Positions 37,428-47,772 of a stretch of DNA of 64,000 nt are shown here, piece by piece. Each line of letters begins with the position of its first letter. The stretch's first letter is position 1. The notes below the pieces were generated by a model. It searched no databases. It was not told where the DNA came from and worked only from the letters and a program-made list of their open reading frames with translations. A program made the translations under genes and the position numbers. The stretch lies in NCBI GenBank assembly GCA_963831295.1, contig CAWHPR010000002.1:236881-300880 (forward strand), given 5' to 3'. The stretch is from an uncultured Thermoleophilia bacterium. Lineage in GTDB: Bacteria > Actinomycetota > Thermoleophilia > UBA2241.

Positions 37428-38402
37428 TCAGGCCTCGTCGGCCGCCCGCGCCGCGAGCCGGCGATACTGTGGCTCGCGCTCCTTGAGGACCGCCACGATG
37501 GGCGAGGCCACGAAGATGGACGAGTAGCCGCCCGCGATGATGCCCACGAGGAGGGCGAAGGCGAAGTCGGTGAGCGTCGTGCCGCCGAAGAGCAGCAGGG
37601 CGGTGACCGGGAGCAGTGTCGTCAGGGTCGTGTTGATCGAGCGCGTGATCGACTGCCAGAGTGACTGGTTGACCATCTGGCCGTACGGCAGCCGCGAGAG
37701 CTTGGGCGTGTTCTCGCGGATGCGGTCGTAGATGATCACCGTGTCGTAGAGCGAGTAGCCGATGATGGTCAGGACGGCGGCGATCGTCGCGGTCGTGACC
37801 TCGCGGCCGGTGAGCGAGTAGACGCCGACGACGATGAGCACGTCGTGGACCTCGGCGGCGATGGCGCCGACCGCGAACTTCCACGAAGAGAAGCGGAACC
37901 AGATGTAGGCCATGATGAGGAGCAGCGCCACGCCGCCGGCCTCCAGCGACTTCTCCACGACCAGGCTGCCGAACGTCGGGCCCACCGTCTGCTGGTTCCA
38001 GAGATCGGAGCCGTCGACCACGGCGATGGTGAAGGCGGTGTCCAGCTGCTCCTTGAGGGCGGCTTGGGCGTCGGGCTGGAGCTCCTCGACCGCGACGAGG
38101 AACCCGGGGAGGTCGGCGCCGGCCGCTTGCGAGACCTGCTGGATCTGCGCCGTGGGGTAGCCGGCGTCGGAGACGGCAGCGCGCACGTCGGCGAGCTCCG
38201 CAGACTGCTCGAAGGCCACGGTGATGCGGGTGCCGGTCTTGAACTCAAGCCCGTAGTGGAGACCATCGATCGGGTTGCCCCCGCCGCGGACGAAGAGGCT
38301 GACGAGACCCACGATGAGGATCGTGGCCGACAGCGCGAACCACCACTTCTTGTGGCCCATGTAGTCGAAGGTGTAGATGCCGCGCAGGAAGCCCATCGTC
38401 AT
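37428..38402 (-). CDS. secF: Protein translocase subunit SecF
   Basis: MTMGFLRGIYTFDYMGHKKWWFALSATILIVGLVSLF... with the typical SecF C-terminal TM bundle. Its ATG overlaps the secD TGA (ATGA). Confidence 0.92.
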   Translation of the reverse strand: MTMGFLRGIYTFDYMGHKKWWFALSATILIVGLVSLFVRGGGNPIDGLHYGLEFKTGTRITVAFEQSAELADVRAAVSDAGYPTAQIQQVSQAAGADLPGFLVAVEELQPDAQAALKEQLDTAFTIAVVDGSDLWNQQTVGPTFGSLVVEKSLEAGGVALLLIMAYIWFRFSSWKFAVGAIAAEVHDVLIVVGVYSLTGREVTTATIAAVLTIIGYSLYDTVIIYDRIRENTPKLSRLPYGQMVNQSLWQSITRSINTTLTTLLPVTALLLFGGTTLTDFAFALLVGIIAGGYSSIFVASPIVAVLKEREPQYRRLAARAADEA

Positions 38403-40066
38403 CTCCGCCGCTTGCGTTTGCGGGCGGCGGCGCGCCGCGCCCCGCCGGTGCTCGGGGTCTGGCGGGCCGGCGGCTCGACCTCGGTCGCGCCGGCCGGCTC
38501 GTCGCCGGCGGGCGCCTCGATCGGCTCGCTCGTCGGGCCGCGACGCTCGCGAGCGCGCCGGCGCGCACGCGCCGCCGTGCTCTCGGCGAGCGGTGCGGCG
38601 ATCTCGCCGGTGACGCCCATGAAGGCCGGCCGCGAGAAGAACCGCAGCGTGCTCATGACACCCAGCAGCGCGCGGGTGAACAGAATGGCCGTCACCATGC
38701 TGGTGAGCACGCCCAAGATGAGCGTGAGAGCAAAGCCCTTGGGCTGGGCGGTCGCGAAGTAGAAGAGCACGGCCGCCGTCAGGATGGTCAGGATGTTGGC
38801 GTCGAGGATAGTCTTGAACCCGCGCGCGTAGCCCGAGTTGACCGCCGAGCGCACGCTCTTGCCCTGGCGGACCTCCTCCTTGATGCGCTCGAAGATCACG
38901 ACGTTGGCATCGGCCGCGACGCCGATCGTGAGGATCATGCCGGCGATGCCGGGCAGCGTCAGCGTGACGGGGATCGCGTTGAAGAGACCCCACAGCAGGA
39001 TCGCGTAGACGATCAGTGCGAGGTCGGCGACCACCCCGAGGAAGCGGTAGAAGGCGACCATGTAGACGAGGACGACGGCGAGGCCGACGATGCCCGCGAT
39101 GAGACCGGCGCGCAGCGAGTCCTTGCCGAGCGTGGCCGAGACCTCGGCCTGCTGGATAGGCTCGAGCTGCACCGGGAGAGCGCCGGTGTTGAGCACCAGC
39201 GCGAGGTCTTTGGCCTCGCTCACCGTGAAGGAGCCGGTGATCTCGGCGCCGCCGCTGATGCCGTCGCGCAGCTGCGGGTCGGTGTGATCGATGCGCGGGT
39301 CGGACTCGATGACGTTGTCGAGCACGATGGCGAAGGTGGCCGACTCTCCGCTGAGGAGCCCCTCGCGGTAGAGATCCTTGGTCACACGCTGGAACTCCTT
39401 GCCGCCCTCGCCGGTGAACTCCATCAGCACGTTGGGCCGGTTGTACTGGTCGTAGCTCTGCCGGGCGCTGGCGATGGCCGCTCCCGTCATCTCGGGGGGC
39501 CGCCTGTACACGTACCAGAGCTCGGGCACCTGCTGCTCGTTGCCGTCGGCGTCGGTGATCGTCTCGGACGGGCTCGTGACGAGCGCCCAGTCGTCGGTGT
39601 TCACCAGCCCCTCGCGGAACTGCTCGATGTCGGCCTTGGGGACGCCGCGCTTGGCGGCCTCCTCGAGCGCGGCCTCCTTGCTCACGACCTCCGCGACCGG
39701 CCGCGCCGTGGAGTCGTCTGTGAAGAACTCGAGCTGCGCCGTCTTGCCGATGATCGCCAGCGCCTGCTGCGGATCGGTGACGCCGGGCAGCTGGATCGAG
39801 ATCTGGTCGGCGCCCTGCTGCTGGACCGCCGACTCGCTCACGCCGAGGCCGTTGACGCGTCGGTCGATGATGCTGAGCGTCAGGTCCATCTGCTCTGCGG
39901 TCGGTACGTCACCGGAGTTGGTGCGCGCCTCGAACACGACCTCGAGCCCGCCCTGCAGGTCGAGGCCGAGGTACGTCTTCTCGCCCGGCGGGATGATGAA
40001 ATAGAGCGAGACCGCGACGAAGGCGGCCACGACGAGCAGGATGATGAGGTTACGGTATCTGGGCAT
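38399..40066 (-). CDS. secD: Protein translocase subunit SecD (basic low-complexity C-terminal tail)
   Basis: MPRYRNLIILLVVAAFVAVSLYFI...LGLDLQGGLEVVFEA... 555 aa. Confidence 0.92.
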   Translation of the reverse strand: MPRYRNLIILLVVAAFVAVSLYFIIPPGEKTYLGLDLQGGLEVVFEARTNSGDVPTAEQMDLTLSIIDRRVNGLGVSESAVQQQGADQISIQLPGVTDPQQALAIIGKTAQLEFFTDDSTARPVAEVVSKEAALEEAAKRGVPKADIEQFREGLVNTDDWALVTSPSETITDADGNEQQVPELWYVYRRPPEMTGAAIASARQSYDQYNRPNVLMEFTGEGGKEFQRVTKDLYREGLLSGESATFAIVLDNVIESDPRIDHTDPQLRDGISGGAEITGSFTVSEAKDLALVLNTGALPVQLEPIQQAEVSATLGKDSLRAGLIAGIVGLAVVLVYMVAFYRFLGVVADLALIVYAILLWGLFNAIPVTLTLPGIAGMILTIGVAADANVVIFERIKEEVRQGKSVRSAVNSGYARGFKTILDANILTILTAAVLFYFATAQPKGFALTLILGVLTSMVTAILFTRALLGVMSTLRFFSRPAFMGVTGEIAAPLAESTAARARRRARERRGPTSEPIEAPAGDEPAGATEVEPPARQTPSTGGARRAAARKRKRRR

Positions 40067-40174
40067 GGTAGAAAGCCGCGATAGCAGCCGTCGGAGGCTG
40101 AAGCCTACCCGACGTCATTACGCCGTGCAACTGGGCCTCAGCGAGCCCGCGATGACGACCTCCGACCAGGACCG

Positions 40175-41260
40175 TCAGCGGTCCTTGAGGAAGCTCGGGA
40201 TATCGAGCACGTCGTCGTCGACGTCGAAGCGCGGGCGCGACTCCTCGCTCGTGAACGGCCGCGAGCGCGTCGCCTCGGCCTCGGCGCTCGGAGGCGCCTC
40301 ATAGCCCTCCATGTCGCGGTCGAAGCCGGTGGCGATGACGGTGACGCGCACTTCGTCGCCCAGACCGCCGTCGATCACGGCGCCGAAGATGATATTGCAG
40401 TCGGCGTCCGCGGCGCTCGAGATGATCTCGGCCGCCTCGTTGATCTCAAAGAGGCCGAGATCGCTGCCGCCGGTGATGTTGAGCAGGATGCCCTTGGCGC
40501 CCTCGACGCTGGCCTCGAGCAGCGGCGAGCTGATCGCCGCCCGCGCCGCCTCGACGGCGCGGCTCTCGCCGCTGGAGACCCCGATGCCCATGAGGGCCGA
40601 ACCGGCGTCCTTCATGATGGTGCGCACGTCGGCGAAGTCGAGGTTGATGAGACCGGGGACCGTGATCAGATCGGTGATGCCCTGCACGCCCTGGCGCAGG
40701 ACGTCGTCGGCGACCTTGAAGGCCTCGATCACCGAGGTGCGCCGCTCGACCACCTGGAGCAGGCGATCGTTCGGGATGATGATCAGCGTGTCGACCTTGT
40801 CGCGCAGGGACTGGATACCGTCCTCCGCCTGACGGGCGCGGCGCTTGCCCTCGAAGGTGAAGGGTCGCGTGACGACACCGACGGTCAGCGCACCGAGCTC
40901 CTTCGCCAGCTCGGCGATGACGGGCGCCGCCCCGGTACCCGTGCCGCCGCCCTTGCCGGCGGTCACGAACACCATGTCGGCGCCTTTGAGGGCGTCGCGA
41001 AGCTCGTCCTTGCTCTCGATGGCGGCTTGATGGCCGATGGTCGGGTTCGCACCCGCGCCCAGCCCCCGTGTGATCTTGCTGCCGATGTGGATCTTGACGT
41101 CGGCGTCACACATCTGCAGAGCTTGCGCATCGGTGTTGACGGCGATGAACTCGACGCCCCGCAGGCCTGCATCGACCATGCGGTTCACCGCGTTGGTCCC
41201 CCCGCCGCCGACACCCACGACCTTGATGACGGCGAGATAGTTGGCCGACGAGTCCATCAT
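40175..41260 (-). CDS. ftsZ: Cell division protein FtsZ
   Basis: [18 protein letters not shown], the [13 protein letters not shown] tubulin signature and a C-terminal DIPSFLK peptide. Confidence 0.97.
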   Translation of the reverse strand: MMDSSANYLAVIKVVGVGGGGTNAVNRMVDAGLRGVEFIAVNTDAQALQMCDADVKIHIGSKITRGLGAGANPTIGHQAAIESKDELRDALKGADMVFVTAGKGGGTGTGAAPVIAELAKELGALTVGVVTRPFTFEGKRRARQAEDGIQSLRDKVDTLIIIPNDRLLQVVERRTSVIEAFKVADDVLRQGVQGITDLITVPGLINLDFADVRTIMKDAGSALMGIGVSSGESRAVEAARAAISSPLLEASVEGAKGILLNITGGSDLGLFEINEAAEIISSAADADCNIIFGAVIDGGLGDEVRVTVIATGFDRDMEGYEAPPSAEAEATRSRPFTSEESRPRFDVDDDVLDIPSFLKDR

Positions 41261-41434
41261 CTGGCTACCCTCCTGTTAAGGTCGAGACTCTCCGTCAGCG
41301 CACAACGTCGACTCTCATGTCGCACTTGAACCTGCCTGGATGGCACCGCCGTCCCAGCACCACAATAACATGCTTTACAGGGCTTTTGAGAACCTCAAAC
41401 CCTGCGGCGTCAGTCGAGCTTCTGCCCTCGTCTG

Positions 41435-41464
41435 AATATACCGATGGCCGGAGAGGGGTGTCAA
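41435..41464 (-). promoter_or_regulatory. Candidate sigma-70-type ftsZ promoter (TTGACA - 18 nt - TATATT)
   Basis: The minus strand reads TTGACAcccctctccggccatcggTATATT, inside the 242-bp comparatively AT-rich ftsQ-ftsZ spacer, about 175 nt upstream of the ftsZ ATG. Confidence 0.45.
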
Positions 41465-41502
41465 ACACGTCAGCGTCACGCGGGACGAACGGGGATACTC
41501 TC

Positions 41503-42438
41503 TCACCCATCGAGGAGGGGCCGGCCGAGCGGGCGTTCGGGCACCGAGACGTCGATGTGCGAAGGGCTGATCCCCTTCTCGCGATACGCGGCGGCGACCG
41601 CGCGCAGCGCGAGGGCTTTGTCGCCCAAGCGATCGGCGTCGCCGATCCGCACGACAAGGTCGTCGCGCATCGTGACGGTGACCTGCAGAGCCTTGGTCAC
41701 CTCGACGAGCGCGACCTGCCGCCGCAGGCGCGACGACAGCCCGGCCAGAGTCGCAAGGACCGCCGAGACCCTGCGCTCGTCGATGGTCGTGCCGATCTTC
41801 GGCACCGCGCTGGTCTTCAAGCGCGGCAGCCGTGACTCCGTCGACCCGGATGGGCCCTCGTCGAGGCTGCCGGTCCCCGCTATGTCCCCAGCGGCGGACG
41901 CGAGTCCTTCTCCGGTCTCAGCGGCGGCGTCGAGCCCTTCTCCGGTCTCGGCGGCGGCCTCGCCCTCGGCGCCGTTCGACGACGCACCGGCCTCCGACGC
42001 CAGCGCACCTTCGCCGTCCTCGGATGGCGACGGCGCCTCGCACACCACGTGACCCGCGTCGCTCACGATGAACCAGCGTCCCTCGGCGAGGAGAGCGAGC
42101 GCCGGCCGGTGTTCGACCAGCCGCACCCGGAGCGTGTCCGGGAAGTCCCGATCGATGTCGACGTCGGCGACGTAGCACTGACGGCGGAGCACGCGCAGCA
42201 CCTCGTCCCGCCCGACGGCGAAGAGGTTCTCGCCCGTGAGGGTCTTCTCAAGGGTGCGGCGGGTCTCGTTCTTGCCCACCATGTGCGCCCCGGTGAGCAC
42301 GACGCGCTCGATGGTGAACGTCGAGGACGTGCGGCCCCAGGCGACCACCGCCCCGGGGATGCCGAGGACGGCCACCGTGAGGAGGATGGTGGAGAGGATG
42401 CGCAACCGGGGGCCACGCGCCCCCCCGTGTGTCGCCAT
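41503..42438 (-). CDS. ftsQ: Cell division protein FtsQ/DivIB (POTRA) with an acidic low-complexity insert
   Basis: N-terminal TM helix (ILSTILLTVAVLGIPGAVVAW) and POTRA-like FTIERVVLTGAHMV. The insert PSPSEDGEGALASEAG...ETGEGLDAAAETGEGLASAAG is encoded partly by a 30-nt tandem duplication (about 41901-41960). Confidence 0.8.
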   Translation of the reverse strand: MATHGGARGPRLRILSTILLTVAVLGIPGAVVAWGRTSSTFTIERVVLTGAHMVGKNETRRTLEKTLTGENLFAVGRDEVLRVLRRQCYVADVDIDRDFPDTLRVRLVEHRPALALLAEGRWFIVSDAGHVVCEAPSPSEDGEGALASEAGASSNGAEGEAAAETGEGLDAAAETGEGLASAAGDIAGTGSLDEGPSGSTESRLPRLKTSAVPKIGTTIDERRVSAVLATLAGLSSRLRRQVALVEVTKALQVTVTMRDDLVVRIGDADRLGDKALALRAVAAAYREKGISPSHIDVSVPERPLGRPLLDG

Positions 42439-42519
42439 GCGTCTACGCCCCGGGTAGGAGAAGAAGTCGGCTCACTCGCGTATTCGCCGCGACAGGCCTC
42501 GTCCCTGCGGTCGCGCGCC

Positions 42520-43959
42520 TCAGGCGGAGAGGCCGCCGGGACCCGGCTGGGGGGCGCCCTCGCCCTCACGGCTCAGCAGCGTCACCAGCTCGTTCGCGAC
42601 GGTGTAGATGTCGCCCGCTCCCAGCGTCAGCACGAGGTCACCGGGTCGCACCCGGCCGCTGAGGTAGCGCACGACGTCGGCGTTGCGCGGCAGATAGCGC
42701 ACCGGCCCGCCCGGCCGCTCGGCCAGGTACGCGTCCACGACGAGCTTGCCGGTGATGCCCGGCTCGGGCTCCTCGCGCACCCCGCTGATGTCGGTGACGA
42801 TGGCCTCGTCGGCGAGCGTCAGCGCGCGCCCGAACTCGCGCTGGAGGTGGCGGGTGCGCGAGTAGAGGTGAGGCTGGAAGACGGCGATGACCCTGCGGTG
42901 GTCTCCGAGCTGCGTGGCCTTCAGGGTGGCCTCGATCTCGGTCGGGTGGTGAGCGTAGTCGTCGTAGATGAGGATGCCGCGCGGGCGCCCGACCTCGTCG
43001 AAGCGCCGTGCCGCGCCGCTGAAGGTGGCGAGCTGCGCGGCGGCCGCCTCGACACCCAGCCCGCAGCGATCGACGATGACGAGACAGACGAGGGCGTCGA
43101 TCACGTTGTGCGCGCCGCCCACCCTGAGGCGGACGAGACCGAGGTCCTCCTCCCCACGCCAGACCGTGAACTCGCTGCTCAGGCTGTCGACCCGCACGAC
43201 CTCGGCGCGCCAGTCGCCGCCGTCGAGACCGACCGTCGTCACGGGGGCGCCGGAGGCCTTGCGCAATGACTCGGTGCTCGTGCCGTCGACCAGCACGAGC
43301 AGGCCGTCACGGGGCAGCAGCCTCACGAAGGTGTGGAAGACCTCGCGGATCTCGTCGAGACAGCTGAAGTTGGCGTGGTGGTCCATCTCGAGGTTCATCA
43401 CCGCGGCGATCTCGGGACGCAGGTAGACGAGGCTGCCGTCGCTCTCGTCGGTCTCGGCGACGAGCCATTCACCCTGCCCCAGACCGGCGTTGGAGGCCAT
43501 CTCGTTGAGCTCGCCGCCGATCACGTAGGTCGGATCGAGCCCGGCCCCGTGAAGAACGTGCGACACCATCGACGAGGTGGTCGTCTTGCCGTGCGTGCCG
43601 GCGATCGAGATGCCGCGACGCATGGCCATCAGCCGCGCAAGCATCTCCGCGCGCTGCAGCACCGGCACCCCCCGCTGCCCGGCGGCGCGCAGCTCGGGGT
43701 TTCCCCGCGGGATCGCCGACGACACGACGACGATGACCGCGTCGCCGAGATTGTCGGCGTGGTGGCCGATGGTCACCGGGACGCCGCCCTCGACCAGACG
43801 ACGCGTGTAACGGGACTGCTTGAGATCGGAGCCCTGCACGCGCACGCCGAGCTGGTGCAGGACCATCGCGATGGCGCTCATGCCGGCCCCACCGATGCCT
43901 ACGAAGTGCACCGGCTGTGGGAAGCCCTGGGAGGCTCTGGTCGCCGTCGCGCCGCTCAT
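42520..43959 (-). CDS. murC: UDP-N-acetylmuramate--L-alanine ligase
   Basis: ATG 43959. VHFVGIGGAGMSAIAMVL, GTHGKTTTSSM. 479 aa. Confidence 0.93.
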   Translation of the reverse strand: MSGATATRASQGFPQPVHFVGIGGAGMSAIAMVLHQLGVRVQGSDLKQSRYTRRLVEGGVPVTIGHHADNLGDAVIVVVSSAIPRGNPELRAAGQRGVPVLQRAEMLARLMAMRRGISIAGTHGKTTTSSMVSHVLHGAGLDPTYVIGGELNEMASNAGLGQGEWLVAETDESDGSLVYLRPEIAAVMNLEMDHHANFSCLDEIREVFHTFVRLLPRDGLLVLVDGTSTESLRKASGAPVTTVGLDGGDWRAEVVRVDSLSSEFTVWRGEEDLGLVRLRVGGAHNVIDALVCLVIVDRCGLGVEAAAAQLATFSGAARRFDEVGRPRGILIYDDYAHHPTEIEATLKATQLGDHRRVIAVFQPHLYSRTRHLQREFGRALTLADEAIVTDISGVREEPEPGITGKLVVDAYLAERPGGPVRYLPRNADVVRYLSGRVRPGDLVLTLGAGDIYTVANELVTLLSREGEGAPQPGPGGLSA

Positions 43960-45055
43960 CGTCTCTTTGACTCCATCACGTCCTCGATCGTGTCCGCGAC
44001 GCGCCGCGTCGCGTCGGGCGGCCGAGCCGCCGGCTCGCGGCCGCCATCTCCTCGCGCCGCGTCTCGTCGGCGAGCAGCTCGGCGACAAGGCGACGCAGCG
44101 ACTCCCCGGTGAGCGCGGCGTCGTCGACCACCAACGCCGCGCCCGCGGCGGCCATGACCTCGGCGTTCTTACGCTGGTGATCGCCCGTCGCATGCGGGTA
44201 GGGCACCAGGATCGCCGGCCGTCCGAGGGCGGCGATCTCGGCGACGGAGCCGCCGGCGCGGGCGACCACGAGGTCGGCCGCGGACATCGCCTGCGCCAGG
44301 AGCGGAGTGTACGGGACCAGGCGGTAGCGCTCAAACCGCACGCCGCGGCGCCCGAGCTCCGCCCGCAACGCGTCGTGATTGCGCGGCCCGCACACGTGAA
44401 CGACCTGGAAGGCGAGTTCGCCGCTGAAAGCGTCGAGACAGGCGCGGTTCAGGGACTGGGCGCCCTGGCTGCCGCCGAAGACGAGGACGACCGGCAGGTC
44501 GTCCCGCAGGTCGAAGGCGGCCAGTCCCTCAGCGCGCGTCGCCGCGACCTGCGCGACCGTCAGCGGCCGCCCGGTGACGACGAACTTGGGTGGACGCAGG
44601 CCCGCGATCGGAAGGCTCAGGCAGACCCGGTCGACGAACGGCCGCAGCATGCGGTTCGTGACACCGAGCCGCGCGTCGGCCTCGAGCGCCACGGCGGGCG
44701 TACCCCGGGCTCCGGCGAGGGCGATGACCGGTCCGCTCGCAAAGCCCCCGCCGCCGACGACCGCGGCTGGTCTGAGCTCGCGCAGGATCCCCACGGCGCG
44801 CGGGGCGGCGGCCGCCAGCAGACGAAGCGCCGTGAGGTTCGAGCGCGCCGTCAGACGGCGCTCGAAGCCCCGCAGCTCGAGCGTGCGCACGACCCATTCG
44901 CGCGGCAGCGCGTCGGCCTGCGACGGGGTCGTGACGAAGACGATGCGTGCACCGCGCGCCTCGAGCTCAGCGGCGAGGGCGGCGGCGGGCGTCAGATGAC
45001 CGCCCGTCCCCCCGGCCGCGAGGAGCACGACGGCTCCTTGGAGCACTGACGACAA
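43956..45055 (-). CDS. murG: UDP-N-acetylglucosamine transferase MurG; last 16 or so codons in a shifted frame
   Basis: The TTG at 45055 (GGAGGAG upstream) gives MSSVLQGAVVLLAAGGTGGHLTPAAALA.... The track ORF ends ...LGRPTRRGASRTRSRT* at 43976. The frame-shifted alternative ...LGRP-DATRRVADTIEDVMESKRR* ends in an ATGA overlap with murC. The span is 1100 nt (3n+2). Confidence 0.85.
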
Positions 45056-46376
45056 TGAAGCTCCTCCGGTTGGTGGAGATGTTGACGAGGATGCCGACGG
45101 CCGCGAGGACGGCGACGAGACTGGTGCCGCCCAGGGAGACCAGCGGCAGCGGGACCCCGGTGAGGGGGACCACGCTCAGGGCGGCGCCGATGTTGATGAA
45201 CGCCTGCCCCACGACGAGACCGACGATGCCGACGGCAAGCAACTTGCCGAAGAGCTCGCGGCACGCGAGTGCGATGCGGCAGGCCGCCCAAGCGAGCAGA
45301 AGGTACAGCGCGATCAACACGAGGAGGCCGACGAGGCCGAGCTCCTCACCGATGATGCCGGTGATCATGTCGGTCGTCTGCTCGGGCAGATACCCGAACT
45401 TCTGCACCGAGTTGCCGAGACCGACACCGAAGACCCTGCCCGAGGCGATCGACACCAGCGACTGCGTCGCTTGGAAGCCGCTCGTCTGGGCGAAGCGCTC
45501 GGGGTCCATGAACGCGGTGATACGGTCCATGCGGTACGGCTCGATGAGGATCAGAGCGCCGACCAGCAGGGGCGCCAGGGCGGTGAACCCGAAGAGGTGG
45601 CGCCAGCGCGCACCGCCGGCGATGAGCACGGCCGCCGCCCCCACGCAGAGGACGAGCGTCGTGCCGAGGTCCTTCTGGAGCACCCCGACGATGACGCCGA
45701 ACGGCAGCAGGCCGATCGCCACCAGCCGCACGAACCCCGGTCGCGTGCGCAGCGCCGGCGGGTCCTTCACGATCAGCGCCGCCAGAAGGGCGACGACGGC
45801 GACCTTGGCGATCTCGCTGGGCTGGAGCTGCGAGAAGCCGATGTCGATCCAACGGCGGGCGCCGCGGATCTCCATCCCGACGCCCGGGACGAACACGGCG
45901 AGCAGCAGCCCGCCGGCCAGGACGGCGAAGGGCACGGCGGCGCGGCGCCACACGACGTAGTCGATCCTCGAGAACAGCAGAAGCGCCAGCACACCGACGC
46001 CCGCGAACACGAGTTGGCGTCTGAAGAAGTAGAAGGTCGTCCCGTGCTCGAAGTACGCCTGGGCGACCGAGGCGCTGTAAGCCATGACCAGGCCGTACAG
46101 CAGCAGAAGGCCGGTGGCCAGAAGGAGGAGGCGCCGCTCTGGGACTCCCTGCAGAGCGGACGGCCCGCGTCGAGGAGCGCCGGCCCGCTGTTCGCGCTCT
46201 CGGCGCTCGGTCGTCGGCCGCTGCCGGCGCCCGTCACGCTGCGGCTGCGCCTGCCGTGCGGCGGCCCGTCCCGCCGTGCTCGGCCGCACGCCGCCCGATC
46301 GCGCCGCGGCGCGTGGGCTCACCCACGGGGCAGGCTCGAGACGCTCCTCCCCCGCCTTCGTGCGGCGCGCTGTCAC
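44967..46376 (-). CDS. ftsW: SEDS-family peptidoglycan glycosyltransferase FtsW
   Basis: The GTG at 46376 forms a GTGA overlap with the murD stop. LLLLATGLLLLYGLVMAYSAS...GFQATQSLVSIASGRVFGVGLG.... The 3-prime end overlaps murG by 89 nt, and no frame offers an earlier stop. Confidence 0.88.
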   Translation of the reverse strand: MTARRTKAGEERLEPAPWVSPRAAARSGGVRPSTAGRAAARQAQPQRDGRRQRPTTERREREQRAGAPRRGPSALQGVPERRLLLLATGLLLLYGLVMAYSASVAQAYFEHGTTFYFFRRQLVFAGVGVLALLLFSRIDYVVWRRAAVPFAVLAGGLLLAVFVPGVGMEIRGARRWIDIGFSQLQPSEIAKVAVVALLAALIVKDPPALRTRPGFVRLVAIGLLPFGVIVGVLQKDLGTTLVLCVGAAAVLIAGGARWRHLFGFTALAPLLVGALILIEPYRMDRITAFMDPERFAQTSGFQATQSLVSIASGRVFGVGLGNSVQKFGYLPEQTTDMITGIIGEELGLVGLLVLIALYLLLAWAACRIALACRELFGKLLAVGIVGLVVGQAFINIGAALSVVPLTGVPLPLVSLGGTSLVAVLAAVGILVNISTNRRSFIVVSAPRSRRAPRGRGDGRSSDARRRPRR

Positions 46377-47770
46377 GTTGTCGCTCTCCCCACTCCCAGC
46401 TTCTTGACCAGCTCAATGAAGTGTTCGCCTCGTTCCTCGTAGCTCCTGTACTGGTCGAAGCTGGCGCAGGCCGGGCTCAAGAGGACGACGTCACCGGGTC
46501 GCGTGTGCGCCGAGGCCCACGTCACCGCCGCCGCGAGGTCGGGCAGGGTCACGAAGGGCACCGCGGCGGCCGGGGCGCGCTCGGCGCGCCGCCGAAACGC
46601 CGTCTCGAGGGCCCCGGACGCCTTGCCGATGAGGACGGCGTGACGGATGCGGCCCTCGCAGCCGGCGGCGAGATCGTCGAACGACGAACCCTTGCCGAGA
46701 CCACCGAGTACGAGAACGACGGGGCCCGCGTAGGCGGTCAGCGCCTTCAGAGTGGCGTCGACGTTGGTCGCCTTCGAATCGTTGACGTAGGTCACGCCCT
46801 CGACGACCCCCGCGACCTGAAGGCGGTGGGCCACCGGTTCGAAGGTCTGCAGGGTGCGGGCGATGGAGGACGGTGGCGCGCCGGCCGCCGCGGCGGCGGC
46901 GGCCGCCGCCAGCGAATTCTGGAGGTTGTGCTCGCCGCGCAGCGACAGGTCCTCGGCCCGGCACAGATCGACACGTTCTTCGCCGGACGCCAGCCAGAGT
47001 CTGCCACCGCTCACCCCGGCCGCCTGATCGGGATGGGCGTCGCCTGTGGAGGTCCAGCGGCGACGGCCCTTCCCCGGGATCTCCGCGGCGCGGGTGCCCG
47101 CGTCGTCGGCGTTGAGCAGGGCGAGGTCGTCGGGGCCTTGGTTCTCGAACACGCGGAGCTTCGCGGCCGCGTAGCCCGCGTAGCTCCCGTGGCGGTCGAC
47201 GTGGTCCTCGGTCAGGTTCAGGAGCACGGCGATGTCCGGTTTGAAGCGCTCGACGTCCTCGAGCTGGAAGCTCGAGAGCTCTGCGACGACGACTTCGTCG
47301 GCGCCGATCTCGAGCGCCAGCTGCGCCAGGGCGCGGCCGATATTGCCGCCCACGGCCACGGGGATGCCGGCGTCCTCGAGGATCCGGCCGACCAGGGCGG
47401 TCGTCGTCGTCTTGCCGTTGGTGCCCGTGACCCCGATCACGCGATTCGTCAGGAAGCGCGCGGCAAACTCGATCTCGCTCCAGACCGGCACGTGCCGCGC
47501 GAGCGCCTCCTGCACGAGCCGGCTCTCGCGCGGCACGCCGGGGCTCTTGACGAGCAGGCCGGCCTCGCGCGGCAACGTCGCGCCGGCGCCGACCAGGACC
47601 TCCGCCCCGGCGGCCGCGAGCTCCGCCGGCACCTGCTCGTCCAGGCCCGCGTTCTCGTCGAGCGCCACCACGCGGACCCCGGGCAGCCGCTGCAGGGCGA
47701 GATCGACCACCGGCCGGCCGCTGCGGCCGAGCCCGAGCACGACGAGCGTGCCGACGTCGCTCAGGTCCAC
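46373..47770 (-). CDS. murD: UDP-N-acetylmuramoylalanine--D-glutamate ligase
   Basis: The GTG at 47770 lies 3 nt after the mraY stop. VVLGLGRSGRP, GVTGTNGKTTTTAL. The track ORF N-terminus (to 48127) is mraY off-frame sequence. Confidence 0.9.
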   Translation of the reverse strand: MDLSDVGTLVVLGLGRSGRPVVDLALQRLPGVRVVALDENAGLDEQVPAELAAAGAEVLVGAGATLPREAGLLVKSPGVPRESRLVQEALARHVPVWSEIEFAARFLTNRVIGVTGTNGKTTTTALVGRILEDAGIPVAVGGNIGRALAQLALEIGADEVVVAELSSFQLEDVERFKPDIAVLLNLTEDHVDRHGSYAGYAAAKLRVFENQGPDDLALLNADDAGTRAAEIPGKGRRRWTSTGDAHPDQAAGVSGGRLWLASGEERVDLCRAEDLSLRGEHNLQNSLAAAAAAAAAGAPPSSIARTLQTFEPVAHRLQVAGVVEGVTYVNDSKATNVDATLKALTAYAGPVVLVLGGLGKGSSFDDLAAGCEGRIRHAVLIGKASGALETAFRRRAERAPAAAVPFVTLPDLAAAVTWASAHTRPGDVVLLSPACASFDQYRSYEERGEHFIELVKKLGVGRATT

Positions 47771-47772
47771 GG

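Noticed and set aside
44967-45055. A frameshift at the ftsW 3-prime end to explain the 89-nt overlap with murG
   Set aside because: All three frames lack a stop before the murG start, so the long overlap follows from sequence composition. There is no positive evidence of a frame break.
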